A DNA stretch of 64,000 nt. Origin: an uncultured Verrucomicrobiae bacterium. Lineage in GTDB: Bacteria; Chlamydiota; Chlamydiia; Chlamydiales; Rhabdochlamydiaceae. The notes under the pieces are model-generated. The model had not been told where the DNA came from. It ran no database searches and saw only the letters and a list, made by a program, of their open reading frames with translations. Location: the NCBI GenBank assembly GCA_963806855.1, contig CAWDYW010000003.1, positions 416,001-480,000 of the forward strand, read 5' to 3'. The stretch's first letter is position 1; each line of letters begins with the position of its first letter. A program made the position numbers and the translations under genes. This document shows, piece by piece, positions 40,554-49,522 of this stretch.

Positions 40554-41741
40554 ATGATCTTAAAAAGGGCATTCAAATTCAAGCTAAACCCTACTTTGTT
40601 GCAATATGAAATGTTCTTACGCTTTGCCGGGGCTCGTCGTTTTGTATTTAATCGAGGACTAGATGAGCGACAAAAAGCCTATGAAGCTACTGGAAAAGGC
40701 CCTTCTTATTTCGAACAAAACAAAGAACTAACCCGATTAAAAGAAACAGAGGAGACTTCTTGGTTGAAGGAAATCCATAGCCAGGTGCTTCAACAAGGGC
40801 TTAAGGATCTCGATAGAGCATTTCAGAACTTTTTTGTAAGAGTAAAGAAAGGGAAGAAGCCGGGGTATCCAAATTTTAAAAAGAAAGGGATGAATGAGAG
40901 CTTCCGATTCCCACAAGGAGTCAAAGTTGAAAATTCCAAGGTCTATTTACCCAAAATCGGATGGGTGAAATTTCGAAAATCGCGAGATATCCAAGGAGAG
41001 ATCAAAGAGACAACCATCCTGCAAGAGGGAACCGATTGGGTTATCTCATTCTCATGTGAATGGGAAAAGGTACTCCCAAAGAAAGCGCCTATAGATGAAG
41101 AGCGGGCGATAGGGATCGATGTAGGGATAGAACATTTCGCTACTACGGCAGCTGGAAAGGAAAACAGAGCAGAAGAGATTGAAAATCCAAAGTTTTTGAG
41201 AAAAAAGCTATCCCATCTTCGATATCTCTCAAGACAATTATCCAGGAAAACCCCAAAAGGAAAAAATAGACTCAAGGCCAGACTAAAAGTCTCCAAGTTA
41301 CATGCCAGCATCAAGAACCTCAGAAATGATTTTGTACAACAACTCTCAGCAAAGATGGTCAAAACCCACGACATCTTTTGCATTGAGAGCCTAGATATTT
41401 CCAGCCTACTTGAGAAGAGCCCAAAAGGACTTTCCCGAGCGATTTCAGATGCGGGCTGGGGAAGTTTTTTGCACTGCCTTAAATACAAAATTGAAGAGCA
41501 CGGAAAACACCTTGTAGCAGTAGACAGGTATTTTCCAAGCAGTCAAATTTGTGCGGCATGTGATAGTCGGCAAAAGATGCCCCTCTCTATCCGGGAGTAT
41601 CATTGTCCAAATTGCGGAGTAAAGAATGCCCGTGATTACAACAGTGCGATAGTTCTAAAGGCCGCCGGAATGTCGGTCTTAAAAGCCTGTGGAGCTGCCC
41701 TCGTTGGAGGGAGCGTTGAAGCAGGAATCTCTCGACTTTAG
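40554..41741 (+). CDS. tnpB: RNA-guided endonuclease TnpB
   Basis: GIDVG, IESL, CAAC/CPNC, RDYNSA. Confidence 0.95.
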   Translation: MILKRAFKFKLNPTLLQYEMFLRFAGARRFVFNRGLDERQKAYEATGKGPSYFEQNKELTRLKETEETSWLKEIHSQVLQQGLKDLDRAFQNFFVRVKKGKKPGYPNFKKKGMNESFRFPQGVKVENSKVYLPKIGWVKFRKSRDIQGEIKETTILQEGTDWVISFSCEWEKVLPKKAPIDEERAIGIDVGIEHFATTAAGKENRAEEIENPKFLRKKLSHLRYLSRQLSRKTPKGKNRLKARLKVSKLHASIKNLRNDFVQQLSAKMVKTHDIFCIESLDISSLLEKSPKGLSRAISDAGWGSFLHCLKYKIEEHGKHLVAVDRYFPSSQICAACDSRQKMPLSIREYHCPNCGVKNARDYNSAIVLKAAGMSVLKACGAALVGGSVEAGISRL

Positions 41742-41766
41742 TCGGGAGAGGTTCAATGGAGAAAAT

Positions 41767-42849
41767 ATGCTCATTAAAAAATCAGTACAAATCTTTGCAG
41801 CAACTATCCTTAGCGCACTGATACTTGGATCACAGGCAAATGCATCTTCTCTTCCGGGAGTGGTTCTGCACGAGCATCTCGAAGCCACCGCTACCGTTTC
41901 AATCCTCAAACAGCTCGCTAGCGATAATGGCGTTCCGCTTCCTGACAGCACCTTTGCCTTTCAGCAAGACTATGACTTTAAAAGTCTTGCAGACTTTTTA
42001 AATGCCTATTACGCCGTGACATCAGTTATTCAAAAAGCCGAAGATTACTACACCCTAACAAGAGCTTATTTAGAAAAGTTTAAAGCCTCAGAGGGAATCT
42101 ACAGCGAATTCATGGTTTGCCCTTTTTGCTCAACAAGTGCCGGTATTGACTGGAAAGAAATGATAGCTAATGTGCAAAAAGCGATGGCTGAAGTGGAGGA
42201 GCCAGGTCGGTTTTATTCACGAATCCTCATCAACTTTGTTCGCGGTCTTGACACGCCTGAGAAGGCAGCAGAGTATGTGAATTGGGCCATCGAGCAGCGC
42301 GCAAGCGGCGATCTAAGCATTGTCGGCATCCATCTTTCGGGTGATGAAACGGCCTATCCCGATGTGACTCCCTTCATCCCTGTATATCAACTTGCCGCAC
42401 AAGGCGGCCTCGGACTTGCAGCTCATGCCGGAGAAACAACAGATGCCCAAAACGTCATCGATGCTATCCAAAAACTGAACGTAAGTCGGATTGGCCATGG
42501 CATAGCTTCGGTAAACTCTCAAGAGGCTCTCAATTTGTTGATCGGCAAAAATATCACCCTGGAGGTCTGCCCAACAAGCAATATCTGCACGCACGCACAA
42601 AATGTTACTAGCTATGTCGCCCATCCCCTTGGTGCTCTTGTAACGGCAGGTGTGAGCATCACTCTGAACCCAGATGACTCGATCTTTTTCCGCGAAACCA
42701 CACAGCATCGAGAAATGGAACACGTAGCAAATAATTTTGGATATGACGACGACCTGCTGCGCACTTTTATTGTAGACGCCATTTCCGCAAGCTTTGCTCC
42801 GGCTGACATAAAACTTCAGCTTCTTGCGATTTTAAACCTATCCCATTGA
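41767..42849 (+). CDS. add: Adenosine/adenine deaminase with N-terminal signal peptide
   Basis: LHEHLE, HAGE, RIGHG, EVCPTSN, NPDD; GGAG RBS. Confidence 0.88.
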   Translation: MLIKKSVQIFAATILSALILGSQANASSLPGVVLHEHLEATATVSILKQLASDNGVPLPDSTFAFQQDYDFKSLADFLNAYYAVTSVIQKAEDYYTLTRAYLEKFKASEGIYSEFMVCPFCSTSAGIDWKEMIANVQKAMAEVEEPGRFYSRILINFVRGLDTPEKAAEYVNWAIEQRASGDLSIVGIHLSGDETAYPDVTPFIPVYQLAAQGGLGLAAHAGETTDAQNVIDAIQKLNVSRIGHGIASVNSQEALNLLIGKNITLEVCPTSNICTHAQNVTSYVAHPLGALVTAGVSITLNPDDSIFFRETTQHREMEHVANNFGYDDDLLRTFIVDAISASFAPADIKLQLLAILNLSH

Positions 42850-42929
42850 TATAGGAAAAACAGGCGAGTTTGAGCCATCTTCCTAAAGTGGATATTATAA
42901 AGCATTATTTAGAGATCGTAAAGAAACAG

Positions 42930-44759
42930 CTAGGAAAGTGACAATTGCAGCATGAAGGCTTTGTCTTTTTTCAGTTGTTCACTCGCATATTGGATGGAGT
43001 TGCTATTTTGTCGTACAGCTGCCAGGACGATCTCTTTGACGTTTTGCAGCTCAACACTTGCAAAAAGTAAGGCGCAGCCACATTGCTCTACTGCAGCCAG
43101 AACGACCTCTTTATCATTCTGAAGTTCTTTGCTGGCATACTCGAGGGCGCTGCCGTCTTGTCGTACGGCTGCAAGCACGATCTTTTCGTTGCCCTGAAGT
43201 TCTTTGCTAGCGGATGCGAGCGCGCAGCCCTTTTGTTGTACTGCTGCAAGGAGGATCGTTTTGTCATTCTGAAGTTTTGCGCCGGCATAGGCGAGGGCAG
43301 AGCCATCTTGCAGGACGGCTTCTAGAACTAATTCAGGGTCGTTCTGAAGTTTTTTGCTAGCAAAGGAAAGGGATAAACCATTTTGCAGGACAGCTGCAAG
43401 CACAATGGCTTTGTCGCTTTTGAGTTTTTTGCTGGCAAAGGAAAGGGCCAAACCATTTTGCAGGACAGCTGCAAGCACAATGGCTTTGTCGCTTTTGAGT
43501 TTTTTGCTGGCAAAGGAAAGGGCCAAACCATTTTGCAGGACAGCAGTAAGTGCGATCTCTTTGTCATTCTTCAGCTTTTTACTCGCATACTTGAGCGCGG
43601 TACTATCTTGTTGCGCAGCTGCCAACACAATGTCTTTGTCGTCCTTCAGTTCTTTGCTGGCATACTCGAGCGATTTGCCATCTTGCCGCACAGCTGCCAG
43701 TACGATCTCGCGGTCATTCTTCAGCTCTTTGCTTGTTGACCAGAGGATTGGACCATATCGTTGCACAGCAGCCAGCACGATTTCTTTGTCATTTTTTAGT
43801 GCTCCACTTGCATATTCGAGAGCCCATCCATTCTTTTGCACAGCAGCCAGCACAACCTCTTTGTCATTCTTAAGCTCTCTGCTAGCAGCTTTTAATTCTC
43901 CGCGTCGCGCAGCTGTCAGTACGAATGCTTTGTCATTCCGCAGTTTTCTAGACGCATGTCGGAGCGCACTGGCATCTTTCTGTACGGCGGCCAGCACAAC
44001 CTCTTTATCATTTTTTAGCTGTTTGCTTGAATGGTGTAAGGCAAAACCGTTGTGTCGGACGGCTGTCAGCACAACCTCTTTGTCATTCTTTAATTCTTCA
44101 CTTGCATACTCAAGCGATAGGCAATGTTGGGACAATGCAGCCAATACGACCTTTTTGTCGTTCTTTAGTTCTTCGCTCGCAAATTCGAGGGCCCGGCCAT
44201 TTTGTTGCACGGCAGCCAGCACGACCTCTTTGTCGTTCTTTAGTTCTTCGCTCGCAAATTCGAGGGCCCAGCCATTTTGTTGCACGGCAGCCAGTACGAC
44301 CTCTTTGTCATTTTGCAGTTTTTTGCTTGTTAACCGGAGGATTCGACCATATCGTTGCACAGCAGCCAGCACGATCTCTTTGTCATTTTTTAGTGCTTCA
44401 CTTGCATATTCGAGAGCCCATCCATTCTTTTGCACAGCAGCCAGAATGATTTTTTTGTCATTTTTTAGCTCTTTGCTTGCATGCTCTAACGCAAAAACAT
44501 CTTGCTGGATCGCAGTCAGGACGAACTGTTTGTCGTTTTGTAGCTCTTCACTCGCATACTGGACAATGGGAGCAACTTGTCTTGATTCCTCTGGATGCCA
44601 AATGATACACTCTTCATCATTTTGAACTTCGAGGGTCACTCTTTTTTTTGCCCAGCGCATCGCCTCCGGGGCATCAGCAAATTCTGCAACATGTTCTATC
44701 ATTTCATGACGATAGTTCCCAAGATAAGCAATCCAACGAATGTCATATTTTTTCTTCAT
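42930..44759 (-). CDS. DUF4116-type repeat protein (25-aa repeats; start uncertain)
   Basis: About 20 repeats of ALEYASEELKNDKEVVLAAVQQNG. Confidence 0.88.
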   Translation of the reverse strand: MKKKYDIRWIAYLGNYRHEMIEHVAEFADAPEAMRWAKKRVTLEVQNDEECIIWHPEESRQVAPIVQYASEELQNDKQFVLTAIQQDVFALEHASKELKNDKKIILAAVQKNGWALEYASEALKNDKEIVLAAVQRYGRILRLTSKKLQNDKEVVLAAVQQNGWALEFASEELKNDKEVVLAAVQQNGRALEFASEELKNDKKVVLAALSQHCLSLEYASEELKNDKEVVLTAVRHNGFALHHSSKQLKNDKEVVLAAVQKDASALRHASRKLRNDKAFVLTAARRGELKAASRELKNDKEVVLAAVQKNGWALEYASGALKNDKEIVLAAVQRYGPILWSTSKELKNDREIVLAAVRQDGKSLEYASKELKDDKDIVLAAAQQDSTALKYASKKLKNDKEIALTAVLQNGLALSFASKKLKSDKAIVLAAVLQNGLALSFASKKLKSDKAIVLAAVLQNGLSLSFASKKLQNDPELVLEAVLQDGSALAYAGAKLQNDKTILLAAVQQKGCALASASKELQGNEKIVLAAVRQDGSALEYASKELQNDKEVVLAAVEQCGCALLFASVELQNVKEIVLAAVRQNSNSIQYASEQLKKDKAFMLQLSLS

Positions 44760-44932
44760 AAAGGCGGTCGGCAAGGTTGTGCTTGCAGAAGTATACTGAA
44801 TTAAATTGATTTTGACCGCAATGACAAAATTTACTCGAGATCCCCTCAATAGCTCGCTAGGAAAATATCATTTTAAAAAAAGTAGAATATCAAGTAGAAT
44901 CACTTTGTATAAAGTCACGGTTAAGGAGAATA

Positions 44933-45307
44933 ATGAAAGATCTCGAAGAACTAAAAAAAGAATTCCCCGAACTCTATAGAGAACTCTGGGGATTTGAATG
45001 CCACGCAGGCTGGTATGATCTTCTTAGAGATCTTTCATTGCAAATTCAGGAGCACTTAAAAATAGCACCTCATCATGCAGGCGGAAAATTTCCTATTTAC
45101 GCCGACGAGGTTAAGGAAAAATGGGGGACTTTGCGCTTTTATATCGGCTTAGGTTGCGATGAAGTGCGTGAAATGATTGCCAAAGCAGAAAAACTTTCAG
45201 CAAAAACTTGCGAAACTTGCGGAAAAGAGGGGAGTTTACGCAGTAGAAATGGTTATTTGTGCACCAGATGCGAATCCTGTTGGAAAGAAGAAATGGACGC
45301 GCCCTGA
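44933..45307 (+). CDS. Hypothetical protein with C-terminal zinc ribbon (phage-type family)
   Basis: AAGGAG RBS; GWYDL..VKEKWGTLRFY..TCETCG..CESC. Confidence 0.7.
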   Translation: MKDLEELKKEFPELYRELWGFECHAGWYDLLRDLSLQIQEHLKIAPHHAGGKFPIYADEVKEKWGTLRFYIGLGCDEVREMIAKAEKLSAKTCETCGKEGSLRSRNGYLCTRCESCWKEEMDAP

Positions 45308-45399
45308 AAAAGGGGATTCGGAACTTTGAAAGAAGCGGGCTCTATAATGACAAATTGTTTTAGAATTTTTGATAGCCCGGGCTATAGTGCTGAGGAGCT

Positions 45400-45552
45400 T
45401 CAACGCGATTTAGAATCGCCCCCCCCTAATCGAAGAGCAAAAGGGCCAGCCGCAAGGACGATCTCTCGATCATTCTTGTGTTCTTTGCTTGCAAACTGAA
45501 GTCTTGATCCATTCTTTTTCATGTCATCAAGGATCTTATTTCTATCACTCAT
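45400..45552 (-). pseudogene. DUF4116 repeat remnant
   Basis: One unit NGSRLQFASKEHKNDREIVLAA, out of frame with its upstream ATG. Confidence 0.5.
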
Positions 45553-45629
45553 ACATTTTTCAATTTGTTCTAATTTTGGCCCTCAAAATGGAAATCGAAA
45601 AACATCTTAAAGCGGGGTATAACTTTTCG

Positions 45630-45989
45630 TCAGCCATGGGGACGGAGCTCCCCGATTAAAGTGGTTAAGGCTTTTTCGGTTTTTCTTGCTAAGTCTTGGA
45701 TGGCAATCCATCTGGGGTCTTTAAAATCCATATAGTAAATTTCATCAAAGTCGTTGATTTTTTCATAGAGCTCTTGGAGAAATTTGCAAGCTGGGTGCTC
45801 TGCATAGGCTTTAAATGTCTGCATCTCAAGCATACGTCCGCAGCAGGTTATAAACTGGCCTAGGGTCAATTCCAAATATGGGTTATCGGCGGCATTCGGG
45901 TCCGCGATCCATTTGATATAGACAACCCGCATACTATTACACCAGTTGATAAAGGATTCTACTGTATCCGAATGAAATTTTTTTTCCAT
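45630..45989 (-). CDS. Hypothetical protein
   Basis: 119-aa ORF with AGGA RBS; C-terminal DPRWIAIQDLA. Confidence 0.55.
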   Translation of the reverse strand: MEKKFHSDTVESFINWCNSMRVVYIKWIADPNAADNPYLELTLGQFITCCGRMLEMQTFKAYAEHPACKFLQELYEKINDFDEIYYMDFKDPRWIAIQDLARKTEKALTTLIGELRPHG

Positions 45990-46112
45990 TTTTTATTTCC
46001 TAAAAATATCATATTACATTCCAAGGCTGAATAACTCAACGACTTTGCAGGCTGCTAGGCTCCTATAGCATAGAATCCTGCGCGTTTTAGGATGTCTACT
46101 TTTTTATCCATT

Positions 46113-47528
46113 TTAATCTCCTTTCGCATCCACAATTCCTTCTGGAAGTGGCTTAATCGAGTTCAGGGGCTTGTCAACAGCCATCCTGACGATGAGGGGT
46201 TGGAAAGTTCCGATCACATCTACAAGATCGCGTTGAGCTTCAATCACTTTTTGAATGGGTTTATAGGCTTGTGGAGCCTCGTCGAGACCTCCTCCGATTA
46301 AGGTGATGCCGCGCTCGGCTAAATATTCCGCTTGCTGCTGGGGTGTAATTGTTTGCAGTGCATTTGATCGGCTCATTTGACGTCCCGACCCATGAGATGC
46401 GGAATTCAGCGATTCAGCATTCCCTTTGCCGACTACTACAAAACCCTTGTCGGCCATCGTCCCAGGAATGATTCCGAGAACACCTTTCCCTGCAGGAGTA
46501 GCGCCCTTGCGGTGCACAATGGCTTCTTTTGTGACTCCATTGACTATAATGTCCTCGCGCCAAGCGAAATTGTGGTGGTTTTCAATCGCTGCGATGGATT
46601 TTAGTCCGGCTGCTTTTGCGATACGGGCATGGATAACATGGTGGTTAGCAGATGCAAACTGGCCCGCTAATTCCATGGCCTCCCAGTATTCTTGGCCCTC
46701 TTCTCTGTCCAGAAGAAGCCATGCCAAATGCTTTACTGACTCATCGAGTTCTGACATGAGTTCTATTGCGAGTTTTGTGTAATAATCTGCGATTTTATAG
46801 CCGACACCTCGGGAACCACTGTGAGATAATAAAGCCAAATAGTTCCCCGGTTGCAACTTGAGGGGATTAAGGGGATCAATGACTTCCAATTCGCCCCACT
46901 CGACAAAGTGGTTTCCAGTGCCGCTTGTGCCTATTTGGCGGATTGCTGTCAGACGCAAATCGCGAATAAGCTTGGTGCTTTGCCAGTGGGAATTTTCCAG
47001 TATAGGATGCTCGATTTTCCCCTCATGTACTCCATCGGCACCTGCTCCAAATATAGTATTATCAACCAAAGTCCGCTGCAAATGGGCAAACTCAGGCGAG
47101 CTTGTTTGTCGCAGTACATGTGAGGAGGTAGGATAGACGGTCATCATCATGCGGCAAGCGATATCGACGCCGACTGCATAGGGAACCACCGCATTTTCGG
47201 TCGCCAGGACCCCTCCAATGGGCAACCCATAGCCTTTGTGTGCATCGGGCATTAAAGATCCAGCTATTGCTATGGGCAGACGGGCTGCGCTTTCCATCTG
47301 ATCGATCGCCCCCTTATCGATATACTCTGATCCCCAGATATTGTAGGGGACAGGGGTGTCTCGCAAGCCCAAGGTGCTCTGCAGCTGAGCCTTATTCTCT
47401 TGTATTTTCAGTACAAAATTAACACCTTGCTCAGGGGCGACTTTTTTATATAATCGCCAGGCCTCATCGCGCTCTTTGTGAGTGAGTCTGATTTTCCCAA
47501 TCATTTGTTGAAATTCTTGAGCATTCAT
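46113..47528 (-). CDS. rtcB: RNA ligase RtcB
   Basis: MPDAHKGYGLPIGG, VGVDIAC, GNHFVE, HSGSRG, NHHN, HRKGAT, SHGSGR, DEAPQAYK; ATGA overlap with the HTH gene. Confidence 0.95.
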   Translation of the reverse strand: MNAQEFQQMIGKIRLTHKERDEAWRLYKKVAPEQGVNFVLKIQENKAQLQSTLGLRDTPVPYNIWGSEYIDKGAIDQMESAARLPIAIAGSLMPDAHKGYGLPIGGVLATENAVVPYAVGVDIACRMMMTVYPTSSHVLRQTSSPEFAHLQRTLVDNTIFGAGADGVHEGKIEHPILENSHWQSTKLIRDLRLTAIRQIGTSGTGNHFVEWGELEVIDPLNPLKLQPGNYLALLSHSGSRGVGYKIADYYTKLAIELMSELDESVKHLAWLLLDREEGQEYWEAMELAGQFASANHHVIHARIAKAAGLKSIAAIENHHNFAWREDIIVNGVTKEAIVHRKGATPAGKGVLGIIPGTMADKGFVVVGKGNAESLNSASHGSGRQMSRSNALQTITPQQQAEYLAERGITLIGGGLDEAPQAYKPIQKVIEAQRDLVDVIGTFQPLIVRMAVDKPLNSIKPLPEGIVDAKGD

Positions 47529-47716
47529 TTTTTTTCCTTTTTCAACAGCAATAGAAGTTCCAAGGCAACCGATGCCGGTCCTGGAATAGCCGTATTGCCT
47601 GAGATCCAACGGCGAACTGTGCATCCATTGACTCGAAGTGCTTTGGCTAGTTTCGTCTGCCAACCCCACACGCCGAACAATTCTTCGCCGATCTTTCTCA
47701 GCTCATCTGGTGTCAT
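47525..47716 (-). CDS. Small Cro/XRE-like HTH protein
   Basis: MTPDELR..GWQTKLAKALRVNGCTVRRWISG..IP; ATGA-coupled to both neighbours. Confidence 0.8.
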   Translation of the reverse strand: MTPDELRKIGEELFGVWGWQTKLAKALRVNGCTVRRWISGNTAIPGPASVALELLLLLKKEKK

Positions 47717-49314
47717 TCTGCAATAAAGTCCATCGCCAATTGGGGCGCAGAGGCATCGAACCCGGCAACACCAAAAGAAAGGGGATCGGTAGGATCACAG
47801 ATTGTGCCGCTATTGGCCGCCATGGCCATGACCACAAGTTTCGCTTGGGGATTAATGAGATCTCGATATTTTTGTAAGGCTTGGACGGGATGCATTTTCC
47901 CAGCCCATGTTTCGTTATCGGTCAGAATAATAAAAGCATCTATTTCCAAATTGCGACTCAATGCATAGGTCACTGGAATTGCAAGATCGGTACCCCCTCC
48001 AAAGCGCGTAACATTCCTGATTACATCATCTAGCCGCTGTCCTGGGGTGATCAACAGATTTTGTTCCTCTGTATCAAATGCCATGACATGGGCATTTTTT
48101 TCAGAACGGACTAGAAATAGGCCGATTGCAGCAGCGGCCTCCACAACACTTAGAATCGCAGAACCAGCACATGCTGTTCCCTGCATTGATCCCGACACGT
48201 CAATGCCGACCAAAATACGTTTATTCGTAGGAGTGACCAATGAAAAAGCTGTTTCAAATGCAGCATCAAGAGCTTCAACAATTGGCGCCACAGGACCCCA
48301 AACGAGAGAGCCCAACTCACCCCGTCCCTTAGCATAGACACGTGAAGCGAGGAGGAGATGAAAGGGATTGATTTTGGCATTGATCAATTCCTCGCGATCG
48401 CGCAGGCGGGTGGCAACATAATCTGCTGCAGGTGCAAAAGGTTGGAGCAATCCCACCTGACTCATCTTAGCAAGATTGCGGATCATGGCCATCATGGGCA
48501 TGTCGACAAGAAGAGCATTCCATACTTCCACATAGTTAAGGGCCTGGGTGGGCAATGCCTCACGTGGCAAAGAATATTTCTGCACCACTGCTGCGAGCTC
48601 TTGGGGCGAGGCTGCGGTCTTGGCTTGGTAGCTCCCTTCAATTAGCCTCAGTCTTCGTGCTTTTTGGATCGCTTCTGGGTCATCGGGTTTGACTATCCAG
48701 TTAAACAGAGCTCGACGATCCTCATCCTGGTCGCATTTAGGGTGTGAGAGTCGAAGTAGGTCGCGCAAAGACCACCCTTCTCGCTGGTAGTATTTCACAG
48801 CTTGAAGTGAGAGTTGCTCTACAGGCATTTGAATGAACCAATTGCCCACAGCTCTACGCAAAGCTCTTCCCCAGCCGCGCAGGTTGCTCACGTAATCGAC
48901 AAAATGCAAGAGATGAGTACCCGTCCGGGCGACCTTAGGAAGAGCAGCCAAAGCTGCTTGACGGGTGCTCACTTCGCTACAGGAGGCAGCCAGTGCTAGT
49001 GCAAATAGCGCCGCATCGTTTTTCGGCGCACGTCCGGAGGCGCTGATCTCTACAATCCGCTCGACGACTTTGGGCCCATCAGTTACTAACATGCGTTGAA
49101 TGACCGAAGTATTCTGCTTCGTTAATTTGACAGGTTTGACATAATAGGTACCAGCTTCCGTACCTAGAATTAGAAAGCGATCCAACAATGCCCAGTCATC
49201 AATCTTGTAAAAATAGCCACCAGCATTATTTGCTATTTGTCCAGGTAAGGGGTTGGTCTGAGCCGTTGCTACTTGGTGAGAAAAGAGCGTTTGAATGATT
49301 TTCTTGTAACTCAT
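47713..49314 (-). CDS. rsr: Ro60/TROVE RNA-binding protein (Rsr-like) with vWA domain
   Basis: NNAGGY, RFLILGTE.GTYY, GWGRALRRAV, KY..REGWS..DLLRLSHP, MIRNL; MIDAS DVSGSM, GGTD, LTDNETW, GFD; AAGGA RBS. Confidence 0.95.
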   Translation of the reverse strand: MSYKKIIQTLFSHQVATAQTNPLPGQIANNAGGYFYKIDDWALLDRFLILGTEAGTYYVKPVKLTKQNTSVIQRMLVTDGPKVVERIVEISASGRAPKNDAALFALALAASCSEVSTRQAALAALPKVARTGTHLLHFVDYVSNLRGWGRALRRAVGNWFIQMPVEQLSLQAVKYYQREGWSLRDLLRLSHPKCDQDEDRRALFNWIVKPDDPEAIQKARRLRLIEGSYQAKTAASPQELAAVVQKYSLPREALPTQALNYVEVWNALLVDMPMMAMIRNLAKMSQVGLLQPFAPAADYVATRLRDREELINAKINPFHLLLASRVYAKGRGELGSLVWGPVAPIVEALDAAFETAFSLVTPTNKRILVGIDVSGSMQGTACAGSAILSVVEAAAAIGLFLVRSEKNAHVMAFDTEEQNLLITPGQRLDDVIRNVTRFGGGTDLAIPVTYALSRNLEIDAFIILTDNETWAGKMHPVQALQKYRDLINPQAKLVVMAMAANSGTICDPTDPLSFGVAGFDASAPQLAMDFIAE

Positions 49315-49330
49315 AAATTCCTTAAAAAAA

Positions 49331-49412
49331 GCTGGGCGTATTGAATACCGATGGTTGCCGTGCGCTACAAAGTAGCTTTCACGTACCGATAAACCATCTG
49401 TTTCGGCCCAGC
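49331..49412 (-). ncRNA. Putative Y RNA 2 (82 nt)
   Basis: Terminal stem GCUGGGC/GCCCAGC with bulged C in GGGCCGAA; inner stems GAUGGUU/AACCAUC, CGUG/CACG, GCUAC/GUAGC; followed by U7. Confidence 0.75.
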
Positions 49413-49422
49413 AAAAAACAGT

Positions 49423-49480
49423 ATTGGGCATATTTGTGCATCTTGAGATATTTGCGGTAATCAAGACACTTCGGCCCAAT
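49423..49480 (-). ncRNA. Putative Y RNA 1 (58 nt)
   Basis: Terminal stem AUUGGGC/GCCCAAU with GGGCCGAAG; inner stems GUG/CAC and UCUUGA/UCAAGA; starts just after a -10 box. Confidence 0.72.
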
Positions 49481-49487
49481 GAGCGAG

Positions 49488-49517
49488 AATATAGTGCAGA
49501 CTGCACTAATTTTGCAA
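49488..49517 (-). promoter_or_regulatory. Sigma70-like promoter with palindromic operator
   Basis: TTGCAA-18nt-TATATT; perfect palindrome TAGTGCAG-N-CTGCACTA (49492-49508) fills the spacer and touches the -10. Confidence 0.7.
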
Positions 49518-49522
49518 GACAT

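Larger units (their letters stand above)
40063..41756. mobile_element. IS200/IS605-family element (divergent tnpA/tnpB)
   Basis: Left hairpin GGCCCTTTAGGGCC after TTAT; right hairpin CTCTCGACTTTAGTCGGGAG then TTCAA; left boundary approximate. Confidence 0.9.

Noticed and set aside
43354..44625. 423-aa plus-strand ORF, and similar MKASSK ORFs over the MORN genes
   Set aside because: Shadow frames of repeat proteins; repetition propagates the absence of stops
47529..47669. N-terminal extension of RtcB
   Set aside because: Overlaps the HTH gene; the ATGA-coupled start at 47528 is more plausible
49338..49350. tRNA-like T-arm in the longer Y RNA (GUAUUCAAUAC)
   Set aside because: Only a 3-4 bp mini-hairpin with no D-arm; insufficient to call a YrlA-type tRNA mimic
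49315..49506. N-terminal extension of Ro60 in the ORF track
   Set aside because: RBS and homologous start at 49314; the region is better explained by promoter and structured RNAs
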